DNA of 64,000 nucleotides, taken from contig CADCUB010000085.1 of assembly GCA_902805775.1 (NCBI GenBank), forward strand, positions 17,184-81,183, given 5' to 3'. This stretch comes from an uncultured Frankineae bacterium (GTDB lineage Bacteria; Actinomycetota; Actinomycetes; Mycobacteriales; SCTD01). Below the pieces are notes generated by a model. It saw only the letters and a list, made by a program, of their open reading frames with translations, was not told the origin of the DNA and ran no database searches. The position numbers and the translations under genes were made by a program. Below, piece by piece: positions 1 through 8,687 of the stretch (the first letter of the stretch is position 1; the number at the start of each line of letters is the position of its first letter).

Positions 1-26
1 GCCTTGACGAGTGGGCGTTCGAACAT
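1..26 (-). CDS. 5' end of a CDS running off the left edge (MFERPLVK...), product unknown
   Basis: ATG at 26-24 on the minus strand with AAGGAG 6 nt upstream. Only 8 codons are visible. Confidence 0.3.
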
Positions 27-280
27 GGGCGATCTCCTTGTGCGGGGAGGCCGGCGCCGGACCGGCGACGACGGAGGGCAGCACGAGGTCCCGGCGCTGC
101 TGGGCACCTCGTCGGACGACTTTGTTGTTGGCGGCAACATAAAGATGAACAGGACGCTGCGCAAGTGCTTCCGGTGAACCCGGCCAGTCGGGCAGGTCGC
201 GACGGGCTCGAGCACCCGCAGGACGTGCAGGCGCAGGGCGGTCCCGCGGTCCCCGCTCGGGTGGTGCAGGACGGAGGTCC

Positions 281-751
281 TCAGACCTCGGTGCCGCCCT
301 CGCGGACGACCGTGACCGGGCAGTGGGCGTAGTGCACGAGCTGCTCGCTCGTCGAGCCGAGCAGCAGCCCGCTGAACCCGCCCCGTCCACGGCTTCCGAC
401 CACGAGGTGGCGCGCCAGTCCGCTGACGGCGAGCAGGACCGGAACGGTGTTGCCGTGCAGCGCGCGCTGGGAGACCTCGAAGTCCGGGGTCTCGCCGAGC
501 TCCTCGGCGACCAGGCGCCGGAGCCGCTCCTCCGCCTCGGTCTGCCACTGCCCCTGCGACGTCGGGGTGTCGGGGTCGCGTACCGGCGCCGGTCCGCGCA
601 CGAAGTTCCACACCATCAGCACGTGCAGCGGACGGCCGGACTCGCGCGCCATGGACGCGGCGAAGCGCAGGGCCACGCGGGCGGGGACGGACTCGTCGAC
701 GGCGACCACCAGTGCGCCACGCAGGTCCTCGGGAAGGCTCGAGGTCGTCAT
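281..751 (-). CDS. universal stress protein (UspA family)
   Basis: 156 aa ORF with an ATG start. USP hallmarks are present: LVVAVDES near the N-terminus and a C-terminal GSRGRGGFSGLLLGSTSEQLVHYAHCPVTVV ATP-binding loop. Confidence 0.85.
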   Translation of the reverse strand: MTTSSLPEDLRGALVVAVDESVPARVALRFAASMARESGRPLHVLMVWNFVRGPAPVRDPDTPTSQGQWQTEAEERLRRLVAEELGETPDFEVSQRALHGNTVPVLLAVSGLARHLVVGSRGRGGFSGLLLGSTSEQLVHYAHCPVTVVREGGTEV

Positions 752-820
752 GGGTGGAGCATCCCACCCCGTGCGGGCCGTCCGGGCGTCGGCACCGGAC
801 CCCGGCCGTCGCGGCGCAGG

Positions 821-1738
821 TCAGGCGCCGACGGGTGCCGCGTCGGGCCGGTCCGCCACCGGGGGCGGCCGCTGGCCGGCCGCTGACCGCCGTCGGGATC
901 GCGGCCAGGCCACGGCCTCCCTCCGGTCGGCCAGCGCACCCGTCAGCCGGTCGAGGAAGATCGCGAGCAGGACCACGGCGAGTCCGCCTTCGAAGCCGGA
1001 CGCGACGTCGAGCTGCGTGACGGCCCGGACCACGACCGCGCCCAGCCCCGCCGCACCGGTCAGGCCCGCCACGACCACCATCGACAGCGCGAGCATGATG
1101 ACCTGGTTGATGCCGGCCATGATCGACGGCAGCGCCATCGGGAGCTGGACCTCGCGCAGGACCTGCCACGGCCGGGCGCCGAAAGCGTCCGCCGCCTCGA
1201 CGATCTCACGGTCGACCTGACGGATGCCCAGCTCGGTCAGGCGGACGCCGGGCGCGACGGCGAAGACCGTCGTCGCGACCACGCCCGGGACCACGCCCAC
1301 GCCGAAGAAGAACACGGCGGGGATGAGGTAGACGAACACGGGAGTGGTCTGCATGAGGTCGAGGACGGGTCGCAGGACGACGCTGACCGCGCGGTTGCGC
1401 GCCGCGAGGATGCCGAGCGGTATCCCGATCGCCGCCGCCAGGACGGCCGCCACGAGCACCAGCGCGAGCGTCTGCATCGTCTCGGTCCACAGCTCGAGCG
1501 ACACCACGAGCAGGAAGCCGAGCAGGGTGTACAGCGCCAGGCCCCAGCCGCGCACCGCGAGCGCGGCGACGGTGAACAGCGCGACCCACACCGCCGCCGG
1601 CGGTCCGGTGAGCGCCGTGGTGAGACCGTCGACGAGCGTCTGCATGACCGTCGTGACCCCGTCGAACAGCCACGGCGCGTGCAGCAGCAGCCAGTCGATG
1701 AGGTCGGACAGCGTCTGTCCGATCGGGAGGTGCGGCAC
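821..1738 (-). CDS. proW: glycine betaine/proline-type ABC transporter permease (ProW/OpuAB-like)
   Basis: 305 aa polytopic ORF with a typical ProW-like N-terminus (PIGQTLSDLIDWLL...) and a binding-protein-dependent permease core. The GTG start lies 1 nt after the proV stop. Confidence 0.85.
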   Translation of the reverse strand: MPHLPIGQTLSDLIDWLLLHAPWLFDGVTTVMQTLVDGLTTALTGPPAAVWVALFTVAALAVRGWGLALYTLLGFLLVVSLELWTETMQTLALVLVAAVLAAAIGIPLGILAARNRAVSVVLRPVLDLMQTTPVFVYLIPAVFFFGVGVVPGVVATTVFAVAPGVRLTELGIRQVDREIVEAADAFGARPWQVLREVQLPMALPSIMAGINQVIMLALSMVVVAGLTGAAGLGAVVVRAVTQLDVASGFEGGLAVVLLAIFLDRLTGALADRREAVAWPRSRRRSAAGQRPPPVADRPDAAPVGA

Positions 1739-1739
1739 G

Positions 1740-2942
1740 TCAGCTCCTCACCGGCGTCGCCGCCAGCGCGTCGAGCACGGCAGCCCGGGGGACGACCCCG
1801 TCCAGCCGCCCGGTGTCGTCGACGACGCCGAGCGGCACGGGATGGCGTCCGACCAGCTGCACGAGGTCGATGAGCGCGCGGTCGGCGGTCGTCGTCAGGT
1901 GGTCCTGCACCAGCTCCGCCGGTGACACCGAGGTCCGACCCTCCTGCAGCGCCCGCGCGAGCAGGTCGTCGCGCGCCACCCCGAGGACGCGCCGGTGCTC
2001 GTCGAGCACGTACACGCCGTTCGCCTCGGCAGCGCCGAGCCGGCGCAGCAGCTCTCCGACGTCCTCACCCAGGCGGGCGGTCATCCGCGGCTCGCGGAGC
2101 AGGTCCGCCGCCCGCAGCACGCGGGAGCGGTCGACGTCGGAGACGAAGTCGGCGACGTAGCCGTCGGCCGGACTGGAGATGATCTCGGCGCCGGTGCCGA
2201 GCTGGACGGTCCGGCCGTCCTTGAGCAGCAGGATCCGGTCCCCCAGGCGCATCGCCTCGTTGAGGTCGTGCGTGATGAACACGATCGTCTTGCGCAGCTC
2301 GGTCTGCAGCCGCACCAGCAGGTCCTGCATGTCGCGCCGGATCAACGGGTCGAGGGCGGAGAACGGCTCGTCCATCAGCAGCACGTCGGAGTCCGCCGCC
2401 AGCGCGCGGGCCAGCCCGACGCGCTGCTTCATGCCGCCGGACAGCTCGTCGGGGCGGGCGTCGGCGCGGTCGAGCAGACCGACCGTCTCGAGCGCCCAGT
2501 CGGTGCGCTCGCGCTGCTCGACGGCGCCGGCGCCGCGCACCTTGAGGCCGTACGCCGCGTTCTCCCGGACGGTGCGGTGCGGGAACAGCCCGAAGTGCTG
2601 GAACACCATGCTGACGGTCCGGTTCCGCAGCGTCCGCAGGTCGTGGTCGGACAGCGAGCGCAGGTCGGCGCCGTCGACCTCGACCGTGCCGTCGCTGGGC
2701 TCGACCAGGCGGTTGAGCAGCCGTACGAGCGTCGACTTGCCGGACCCCGACAGGCCCATCACCACGAACAGCTCCCCGCGCTGGACGTCGAAGCTGACGT
2801 CGTGCACGGCGAGGGTCGCCCCGGTGCGTCGCAGGATCTCGCCGCGGGCCACTCCCTCCCGGGCCAGGCGCAGGGCCTCCGCCTCCCGAGCGCCGAAGAC
2901 CTTCGTCAGGCCGGTGGCGCGCAGGACGGGCGCTGGGCTCAC
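1740..2942 (-). CDS. proV: glycine betaine/proline-type ABC transporter ATP-binding protein with C-terminal CBS pair (ProV/OpuAA-like)
   Basis: Walker A GLSGSGKST, signature LSGGMKQR, Walker B LLMDEPFSALD, and a C-terminal CBS-like region. I chose the GTG at 2942 because it overlaps the proX stop (GTGA). The track start at 2984 would overlap proX by 46 nt. Confidence 0.88.
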   Translation of the reverse strand: MSPAPVLRATGLTKVFGAREAEALRLAREGVARGEILRRTGATLAVHDVSFDVQRGELFVVMGLSGSGKSTLVRLLNRLVEPSDGTVEVDGADLRSLSDHDLRTLRNRTVSMVFQHFGLFPHRTVRENAAYGLKVRGAGAVEQRERTDWALETVGLLDRADARPDELSGGMKQRVGLARALAADSDVLLMDEPFSALDPLIRRDMQDLLVRLQTELRKTIVFITHDLNEAMRLGDRILLLKDGRTVQLGTGAEIISSPADGYVADFVSDVDRSRVLRAADLLREPRMTARLGEDVGELLRRLGAAEANGVYVLDEHRRVLGVARDDLLARALQEGRTSVSPAELVQDHLTTTADRALIDLVQLVGRHPVPLGVVDDTGRLDGVVPRAAVLDALAATPVRS

Positions 2943-3919
2943 GCCGTCCACTGCTCGATGTCGTCGGACTTCGACTCGACCCACTGCTGCGCGACCGTCG
3001 CGACGTCCTGACCGTCGACGTCGACCTGCTTCTGCATCTCCTCCATCTCGTCCAGGGTGATGCGCAGGTTCTCGAGCAGCGTCGCGAACGCGGGCGCCTT
3101 CTCCTGCAGGTCCTTGCTCGCCGCGATGTGGGCGCTGTAGGCAGGCATCGCGCAGGCGCCGTCGCCCTCGGTCAGGCAGCCCTCGGTGTACGGCGTCGGC
3201 TCCTCGAGCTGGACCATGTCGTACTGCGCGAAGACGGCGTGCGGGTGGTAGAGGTACAGCACGATCGGCTGCTCGCGGGTGTAGGCCTTCTTGAGCTGCG
3301 CGAGCTCCGCGGCCTCACCGGCCACGACGTGCTCGAGCTCGATGCCGTACCCCGCGAGCCGCTTCCGGTTCTGCTCCGTCGTGACGTAGCCCGGGTCGGC
3401 GTCGTAGAACTTCCCGCCGAGCTGGTCGCTGTACTCGTTCAGCTGCGTGACGCTCGTGAGGCCCTCGAGCGGGCCACCCGGCTCGACGGCGTACGCCGGG
3501 ACGAACCAGCCCTGCGACGCGTCGCCGTAGGTCTCCGAGACGATCTCGACGCGCTCCTTCGCCTTGTCGGCGAACTCCTGCTGGTTGGGCAGTGCGACCT
3601 CCGTCAGCAGGTCGATGTCGCCGCGCTGCGCGCCGACCCACGCCGCTGCCGGGTCGAGTTGCGTGGTCTCGAGCCCTTCGACGCCGAGCTCGGGCTTCTG
3701 GTCGGCGATCTCGCTCAGGATCGCGTTGGTGAGTCCCGCGGCCGTCCAGCTGAACTGCGCCGCGTCGACGGTGATGCCCTCGTCGGCCCCGCCGGTGCCG
3801 CCGCCCGACCCGCTGTCGCCGCTGCCGCAGCCGGCGACCGCGACGCTGAGCACCGCGGTCAGGGCGAGGGCGGACGAGCGGCTTCGGGGCCGGTGCGTCG
3901 TGGTGCGACGAGAGCGCAT
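2939..3919 (-). CDS. proX: glycine betaine-type substrate-binding lipoprotein (ProX/OpuAC-like)
   Basis: ATG at 3919, then a signal peptide with lipobox (LSVAVAGCGS) and an OpuAC-like body. The track ORF 2939..5023 is an artefactual N-terminal extension. Confidence 0.85.
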   Translation of the reverse strand: MRSRRTTTHRPRSRSSALALTAVLSVAVAGCGSGDSGSGGGTGGADEGITVDAAQFSWTAAGLTNAILSEIADQKPELGVEGLETTQLDPAAAWVGAQRGDIDLLTEVALPNQQEFADKAKERVEIVSETYGDASQGWFVPAYAVEPGGPLEGLTSVTQLNEYSDQLGGKFYDADPGYVTTEQNRKRLAGYGIELEHVVAGEAAELAQLKKAYTREQPIVLYLYHPHAVFAQYDMVQLEEPTPYTEGCLTEGDGACAMPAYSAHIAASKDLQEKAPAFATLLENLRITLDEMEEMQKQVDVDGQDVATVAQQWVESKSDDIEQWTA

Positions 3920-4020
3920 GTCAGTCCTCGGGGGAGTGGGTGTCCGGGCCGGACGGGAGGACCGGCCCCGTTCTGAGGAGGGCGTCGGTCGGAGGAGGGC
4001 GACGGTGGCGCCGCAGGGCC

Positions 4021-4914
4021 TCAGCGGCCGACGGGGCCGAACGGCTCGTCGCCGCGCAGCGTGATGCGGTGCATCACCCGGCGCGCGTCGCCGTAGTCGC
4101 GGTTGGCGTAGTGCACCGTCGAGCGGTTGTCCCACATGGCGACGTCCCCGACCGACCAGCGGTGCCGCACGATGTGCTCGGGCTTGGTGATGTGGGCGTA
4201 GAACAGGTCGAGCAGGCTGCGGCTCTCCGCGTCCGAGACGTCCTTGAGGTGGGAGGTGAAGCCCGGGTTGACGAACAGCCCCTTGCGTCCGGTCTCCGGG
4301 TGGACCCGCACGACCGGGTGCTCGACGGGGACGAGGTGGTCGAACTTCTCGCCCTCCCAGGAGGTGCGGGCCTCCCGCTGGGCGAGGTAGTAGCCGAACT
4401 CCCGGGTGCCGTCGTGCACGGCGACGAGCTCGTCGGCCAGGCGCCGCACGGGTGCGCTGAGCGACTCGTACGCCAGCTGCAGGTCGGCCCACTGCGTGTC
4501 GCCGCCGTACGGCGGGAGCACGACCGCGCGCAGCACCGAGCCCAGCGGCGGGCGGCGCACGAAGGTGACGTCGGTGTGCCAGACGTCGGCGAACCCGCCC
4601 TCGGCGCTGTCGAGCGCGTAGATCTCGGGGTGCTGGTCGTCGACCCCCGGCACGACCGGGTGCGACTCGGTCACCTCGCCGAGGCGGCGGCCGAGCGACA
4701 CCTGCCGGTCGGGGTCCAGCGAGTTCTGGTCGGCGAAGAAGAGCACCTTGTGCACGGCCAGGGCCGCGCGGACGGCGCGGACCTGCTCGTCGGTGGCCAG
4801 GCTGAGGTCGACGCCGTGCACCCGTGCGCCGAAGCGCGGGCCCAGGGGCTCGAGGTCCAGCACGGTGCCGGCGTCGGAGGGCAGGTCGGGAAGAGCAGGG
4901 GCGAGCAGGGTCAT
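4021..4914 (-). CDS. TauD/TfdA family Fe(II)/2-oxoglutarate-dependent dioxygenase
   Basis: TauD-like motifs are present (WHTDVTF, GGDTQWADL, MWDNRSTVHYA). ATG at 4914 with GGAG about 9 nt upstream. The track start at 5007 adds 31 Arg/Pro-rich residues. Confidence 0.85.
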   Translation of the reverse strand: MTLLAPALPDLPSDAGTVLDLEPLGPRFGARVHGVDLSLATDEQVRAVRAALAVHKVLFFADQNSLDPDRQVSLGRRLGEVTESHPVVPGVDDQHPEIYALDSAEGGFADVWHTDVTFVRRPPLGSVLRAVVLPPYGGDTQWADLQLAYESLSAPVRRLADELVAVHDGTREFGYYLAQREARTSWEGEKFDHLVPVEHPVVRVHPETGRKGLFVNPGFTSHLKDVSDAESRSLLDLFYAHITKPEHIVRHRWSVGDVAMWDNRSTVHYANRDYGDARRVMHRITLRGDEPFGPVGR

Positions 4915-5209
4915 GCGGGGACTCCAGGAGAGGTAGGGGAGGATGAGCGGGCGCGGCGTCAGGCCGGACAGAGCGCGCTGGCGCACCGCAGCAGGTCGAC
5001 GTGCCACCGGACGGTGAGCACAATCCCTACCGAGTTCATGGGGTGACCGTAGCGCGTCCGGCGGCCGCGTGGGGTGGCCGGTGCTCCCCGTACCTCCCGC
5101 TGGCGCTGCTCGGCTTCCCCTTCGCCCCGCGCGGTCCTTGACGACCGCCCGGCCGGCGTCAGCGGCTCAGCCCCACCCAGCCGGGCAGGACGACCCCGCA
5201 GGTCAGGAG

Positions 5210-5296
5210 CGGAGGGCGTGGGATTCGAACCCACGATGGGTGTAACCCCATAGCGGTTTTCAAGACCGCCGCCATCGGCCACTAGGCGAGCCCTCC
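5210..5296 (-). tRNA. tRNA-Ser (anticodon UGA)
   Basis: The reverse complement folds as a cloverleaf. Acceptor GGAGGGC/GCCCTCC, anticodon arm GCGGT-CTTGAAA-ACCGC, long variable arm, T-arm GTGGG-TTCGAAT-CCCAC. CCA is not encoded. Confidence 0.93.
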
Positions 5297-5568
5297 CGGC
5301 GCTGCGACCCTAGCCGCCCCCGTCGGCCGGGCGGTCCCGCGCACTCGCGCGGCAGCCTCGTGGGCCGGCCGGTCCGTACGGGTGCGATGTCCACAAGGTG
5401 GCAGCGGTCCGGGCGTCCGCGTGCCAGGGTGTCCCTCCGGACAGGTGGGCCAGTGCCGCCTGCCGTCGCAGGATCGTCGAGCGGCCGACATCCGGCCGCC
5501 GCCGCGGAGCGGGAGGCTGGTGCCGTGACGTCGCCCGCAGGGCCGCGCCGACCGGTCGGCGTGCCGTG

Positions 5569-7695
5569 ATGCTGCGCCTGCTGCGCGGGTGCGGGCGGAT
5601 CGTGCTGGCGCTCCTCCTGAGCCTGGTCCTGGGCGGCCTGTTCGCGCTGGCGTCGCTGCCGGTGGTCGCAGGCGGCGGGCTCGCCGCCAAGGAGCGGATG
5701 GACGACTACCTCGTGCTCCCGACCGAGCTCGAGGTGCCTCCGCTCCCTCAGCGCAGCCGCATGCTGGCGGCGGACGGCTCCCTGATCGCCTGGCTCTACG
5801 CCGAGAACCGCGTGCGGGTCTCACTGGCCGACGTGCCCCTGACGACCCGCCGAGCGGTCATCGCCATCGAGGACGCCCGCTTCTACGAGCACCGCGGCGT
5901 GGACGTCAAGGGGAGCCTGCGTGCCGCCGTGCGCAACGGCGTGTCGGGAGGGGTGCAGGAGGGCGGCTCGACGCTGACCCAGCAGTACGTCAAGAACGCC
6001 CTGCTGGCCGCCGCCACCAGCGACCAGCAGCGCCAGGCCGCACGGGAGGTGACCCTCGAGCGCAAGCTGCGGGAGGCCCGCTACGCGATGGCGCTGGAGC
6101 GGCGGATCTCCAAGGACGAGATCCTCGAGCGCTACCTCAACATCGCCTACTACGGCAACGGCGCCTACGGCATCGGCACCGCGACCGACCTCTACTTCAG
6201 CCGCTCGGTGCGCAACCTCACCGTCGCCCAGAGCGCCCTGCTCGCGGGGATCGTGCAGAGCCCCGCGCGGCTCGACCCGATCGACCACCCGGAGGCGGCG
6301 CTCGCCCGGCGCAACGTCGTGCTCGCCCGGATGGCGGAGCTGGGGTGGCTGACCGCCGCCGAGCTGGCCACCGAGTCGGCCAAGCCACTGGGCCTGGTGC
6401 TGTCCCCCATCAGCAGCGGCTGCGAGGCCCCGCGGGTGCCCGCGCCCTTCTTCTGCGACTACGTGCGACGGGCGCTCGAGGACGGCCCGCTCGGCGCGAC
6501 CCTGGGCGACACCCGGGAGGAGCGTCAGCGGCGCCTGCTCGGCGGTGGGCTGACGATCCGCACGACCCTCGACCTGCGGATGCAGCGCCACGCGCAGGCG
6601 GTCCTCGACCAGCGGATCCCGCCGGACGACCCGTCCGGGGTCGCCGCCGCCTTCACCGCCGTCGTCCCCGGGACCGGGCAGGTGCCGGCGCTGGTGGTCA
6701 ACCGCCGGTTCGGCGAGGCCGGCACACCGGGCAGCACCAAGCTGAACCTCGCGCTCGGCGGCTCGAGCGGCATGCAGCCCGGGTCGACGTTCAAGCCGTT
6801 CGTCCTCGCCGCGGCGCTGCAGCAGGGCCTGCCGCTCGACACGACCTTCGACTCACCCGCCAGCTACACCTCCCGGGTCTTCACCACCTGCAAGAGGGGC
6901 CGGTGCAAGCTGCCCTACACGGTCAGCAACGCGGGTGACTCGAACGCCGGACGCCACGACATCGTCAGCGGCACCCACGGCTCGGTCAACACGTTCTACC
7001 TGCAGCTGCTCGAGAAGACCGGCGTCGAGCAGCCGGCCCGCATCGCGGAGGCGCTGGGGCTGCGGCAGTTCTCCGGCGGCTCACCGTCGGCGCCGCTGCT
7101 GCGCGGCGGCTCGGTCGTGCTCGGCACGAACGAGGTCAGCCCGCTGGCGATGTCCGCGGCCTACGCGGCGTTCGCGGCGCGCGGCAGGTACTGCCCGCCG
7201 ACGCCCGTGACGGAGGTGCTGGACGCCGGCGGTCTGCCGCTGGCCCTGACGCCGCAGCCGTGCAGGCAGGCCCTCGACCCGGCCACGGCCGACAGGATCA
7301 CCGCCGTCCTGCGCGGGACCATCGACGGCCCGTCGCGCGGGCGCACCGCCCGCCGCGCCGACATCGGCCGCCCCGCCGCGGGCAAGACCGGCAGCACCAA
7401 CGACAGCAAGGCCGCCTGGTTCGCCGGATACGTCCCGCAGCTCGCCTCCAGCGTGTGGGTCGGCCGGCCGGTGCCCTCCCCGCTGCGCAACGTCACCATC
7501 GGCGGGCAGTACTTCCGGCAGGTCTACGGCGGCCTGCTCCCGGCCCCCGTCTGGCGAGACGTCATGCGACCGGTGCTCGCCGGGCGCCCCGTCGCGCCGA
7601 TGCCGCCGCACGCCGTGTCCCGACCGCGTCCCGCGGTGCCCGTGCCCGGCGCGAGCCCGTCGCCGGTGCCGACCTCGGTGGCGCTGTCGCGCTGA
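5569..7695 (+). CDS. class A penicillin-binding protein (bifunctional glycosyltransferase/transpeptidase)
   Basis: N-terminal TM helix, GT51 motifs (IEDARFYEHRGVD, GGSTLTQQ, RKLRE) and transpeptidase motifs (STFKP, SNAG, KTGST). ATG at 5569 precedes the TM helix. The track start at 5398 adds an Arg-rich extension. Confidence 0.9.
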   Translation: MLRLLRGCGRIVLALLLSLVLGGLFALASLPVVAGGGLAAKERMDDYLVLPTELEVPPLPQRSRMLAADGSLIAWLYAENRVRVSLADVPLTTRRAVIAIEDARFYEHRGVDVKGSLRAAVRNGVSGGVQEGGSTLTQQYVKNALLAAATSDQQRQAAREVTLERKLREARYAMALERRISKDEILERYLNIAYYGNGAYGIGTATDLYFSRSVRNLTVAQSALLAGIVQSPARLDPIDHPEAALARRNVVLARMAELGWLTAAELATESAKPLGLVLSPISSGCEAPRVPAPFFCDYVRRALEDGPLGATLGDTREERQRRLLGGGLTIRTTLDLRMQRHAQAVLDQRIPPDDPSGVAAAFTAVVPGTGQVPALVVNRRFGEAGTPGSTKLNLALGGSSGMQPGSTFKPFVLAAALQQGLPLDTTFDSPASYTSRVFTTCKRGRCKLPYTVSNAGDSNAGRHDIVSGTHGSVNTFYLQLLEKTGVEQPARIAEALGLRQFSGGSPSAPLLRGGSVVLGTNEVSPLAMSAAYAAFAARGRYCPPTPVTEVLDAGGLPLALTPQPCRQALDPATADRITAVLRGTIDGPSRGRTARRADIGRPAAGKTGSTNDSKAAWFAGYVPQLASSVWVGRPVPSPLRNVTIGGQYFRQVYGGLLPAPVWRDVMRPVLAGRPVAPMPPHAVSRPRPAVPVPGASPSPVPTSVALSR

Positions 7696-7742
7696 CCGCC
7701 CGCGTCGGGGACGGCCGGCGAGCCGGTCGGTACGGTGCCCGC

Positions 7743-8012
7743 GTGGCCGTCCTCGTCGACCCCGCGGTCTGGCCCTGGCGGGGTGAGCGCTGGTCGCACC
7801 TGGTGAGCGACGTGTCGTACGACGAGCTGCACGAGTTCGCCGCCCGGCTGGGCGTGCCGCGCCGGGCCTTCCAGGGCGACCACTACGACATCCCGGCCTC
7901 CCTGCGAGGGCCGGCGCTGGCGCTGGGCGCGCAAGCCGTCCCGGCGCGCGAGCTGCTCACCCGCCTGCGCGAGGCCGGTCTGCGTCGCCCGAAGGCCCGT
8001 CCAGTCGGCTGA
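7743..8012 (+). CDS. DUF4031 domain-containing protein
   Basis: The sequence VAVLVDPAVWPWRGERWSHLVSDVSYDELHEFAARLGVPRRAFQGDHYDIP is the typical DUF4031 sequence. The in-frame GTG at 7743 was chosen. The upstream part of track ORF 7260..8012 overlaps the PBP gene. Confidence 0.7.
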   Translation: MAVLVDPAVWPWRGERWSHLVSDVSYDELHEFAARLGVPRRAFQGDHYDIPASLRGPALALGAQAVPARELLTRLREAGLRRPKARPVG

Positions 8013-8607
8013 TCTCGTCCTCGACGTTGCGCCGGGCGGCCGCCTCCCACCGGCGCCGGCCCTCCGCGGTGGCGTACAGGTGAGGGCGCTCCAGCAGCCG
8101 GCGCAGCACCGCGGCGCGCCCGGAGCGGAAGGACGCGTCGTCGACGTGGGCGTACTCGGCCCGCACGTCCTGCGCGTAGCGGCGGTAGCGCTCCGGCGGC
8201 GCCGCGAGGACCGCGAGGTCGGCGTCGCACAGCAGCCCGCCGGCGTCGTCGCCGGGGTCGACCTCGTGGCTGACCGTCAGCAGCACCAGCCGCACGACCT
8301 CCTCGACGAGCGTGGCGGGCAGGCCCAGCCCGGTCAGCACGTCGGCGGCCAGGTCGGCGCTGCGCCGCTCGTCGTCGGGCGCCCCGTCGTAGACGGCGTC
8401 GTGGGCGTACGCGGCGTACACCACGGCGGCCGGGAGCGCGGCGCCGGACGACAGGGTCCGCAGCGCCTCCAGCACCTCGGCCAGGTGCCGGCGGTCGTGG
8501 TACCGGCGGTGCGGCTGGCCGTAGCCCGCCAGCAGGACCTGTCCCGCCGCGACCGCCCGGGGGCCGTCCCCGACCGCGGACGTCCACGCGCCGAGCAGGG
8601 GGTCCAC
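7957..8607 (-). CDS. HD-superfamily metal-dependent phosphohydrolase (COG4339-like)
   Basis: 216 aa with RRYHDRRHL...YAHDAVYD His/Asp motifs. High GC3. The 3' end overlaps the convergent DUF4031 gene by 56 nt. Confidence 0.7.
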   Translation of the reverse strand: MDPLLGAWTSAVGDGPRAVAAGQVLLAGYGQPHRRYHDRRHLAEVLEALRTLSSGAALPAAVVYAAYAHDAVYDGAPDDERRSADLAADVLTGLGLPATLVEEVVRLVLLTVSHEVDPGDDAGGLLCDADLAVLAAPPERYRRYAQDVRAEYAHVDDASFRSGRAAVLRRLLERPHLYATAEGRRRWEAAARRNVEDEISRLDGPSGDADRPRAGG

Positions 8608-8687
8608 GGCACCAGTGTCCCGCAGCGCCGGGCGGCAGGCAGCCGAGCAGCAGGCATCCGCTGCCGGGCGCCGGGTAGGGCCGGGTC

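Noticed and set aside
3920-5023. N-terminal 367 aa of the 694-aa ORF 2939..5023
   Set aside because: Only the last 326 aa, from the ATG at 3919, form a lipoprotein signal plus OpuAC-like body. The upstream part is Arg/Pro-rich and overlaps the genuine TauD-like gene in another frame.
4959-5282. 107-aa ORF overlapping tRNA-Ser, and the 5' part (56372..56449) of ORF 56246..56449 overlapping tRNA-Ile
   Set aside because: These reading frames run through tRNA genes. Only the 41-codon DLW-39-like portion of the latter has its own Shine-Dalgarno sequence and a sensible start.
4915-5296. tRNA-Ser as an integration site for a genomic island covering tauD-proXVW-usp
   Set aside because: No integrase is visible, I could find no direct repeat of the tRNA 3' end, and there is no compositional shift. 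The left boundary lies outside the window, so this cannot be excluded but is unsupported.
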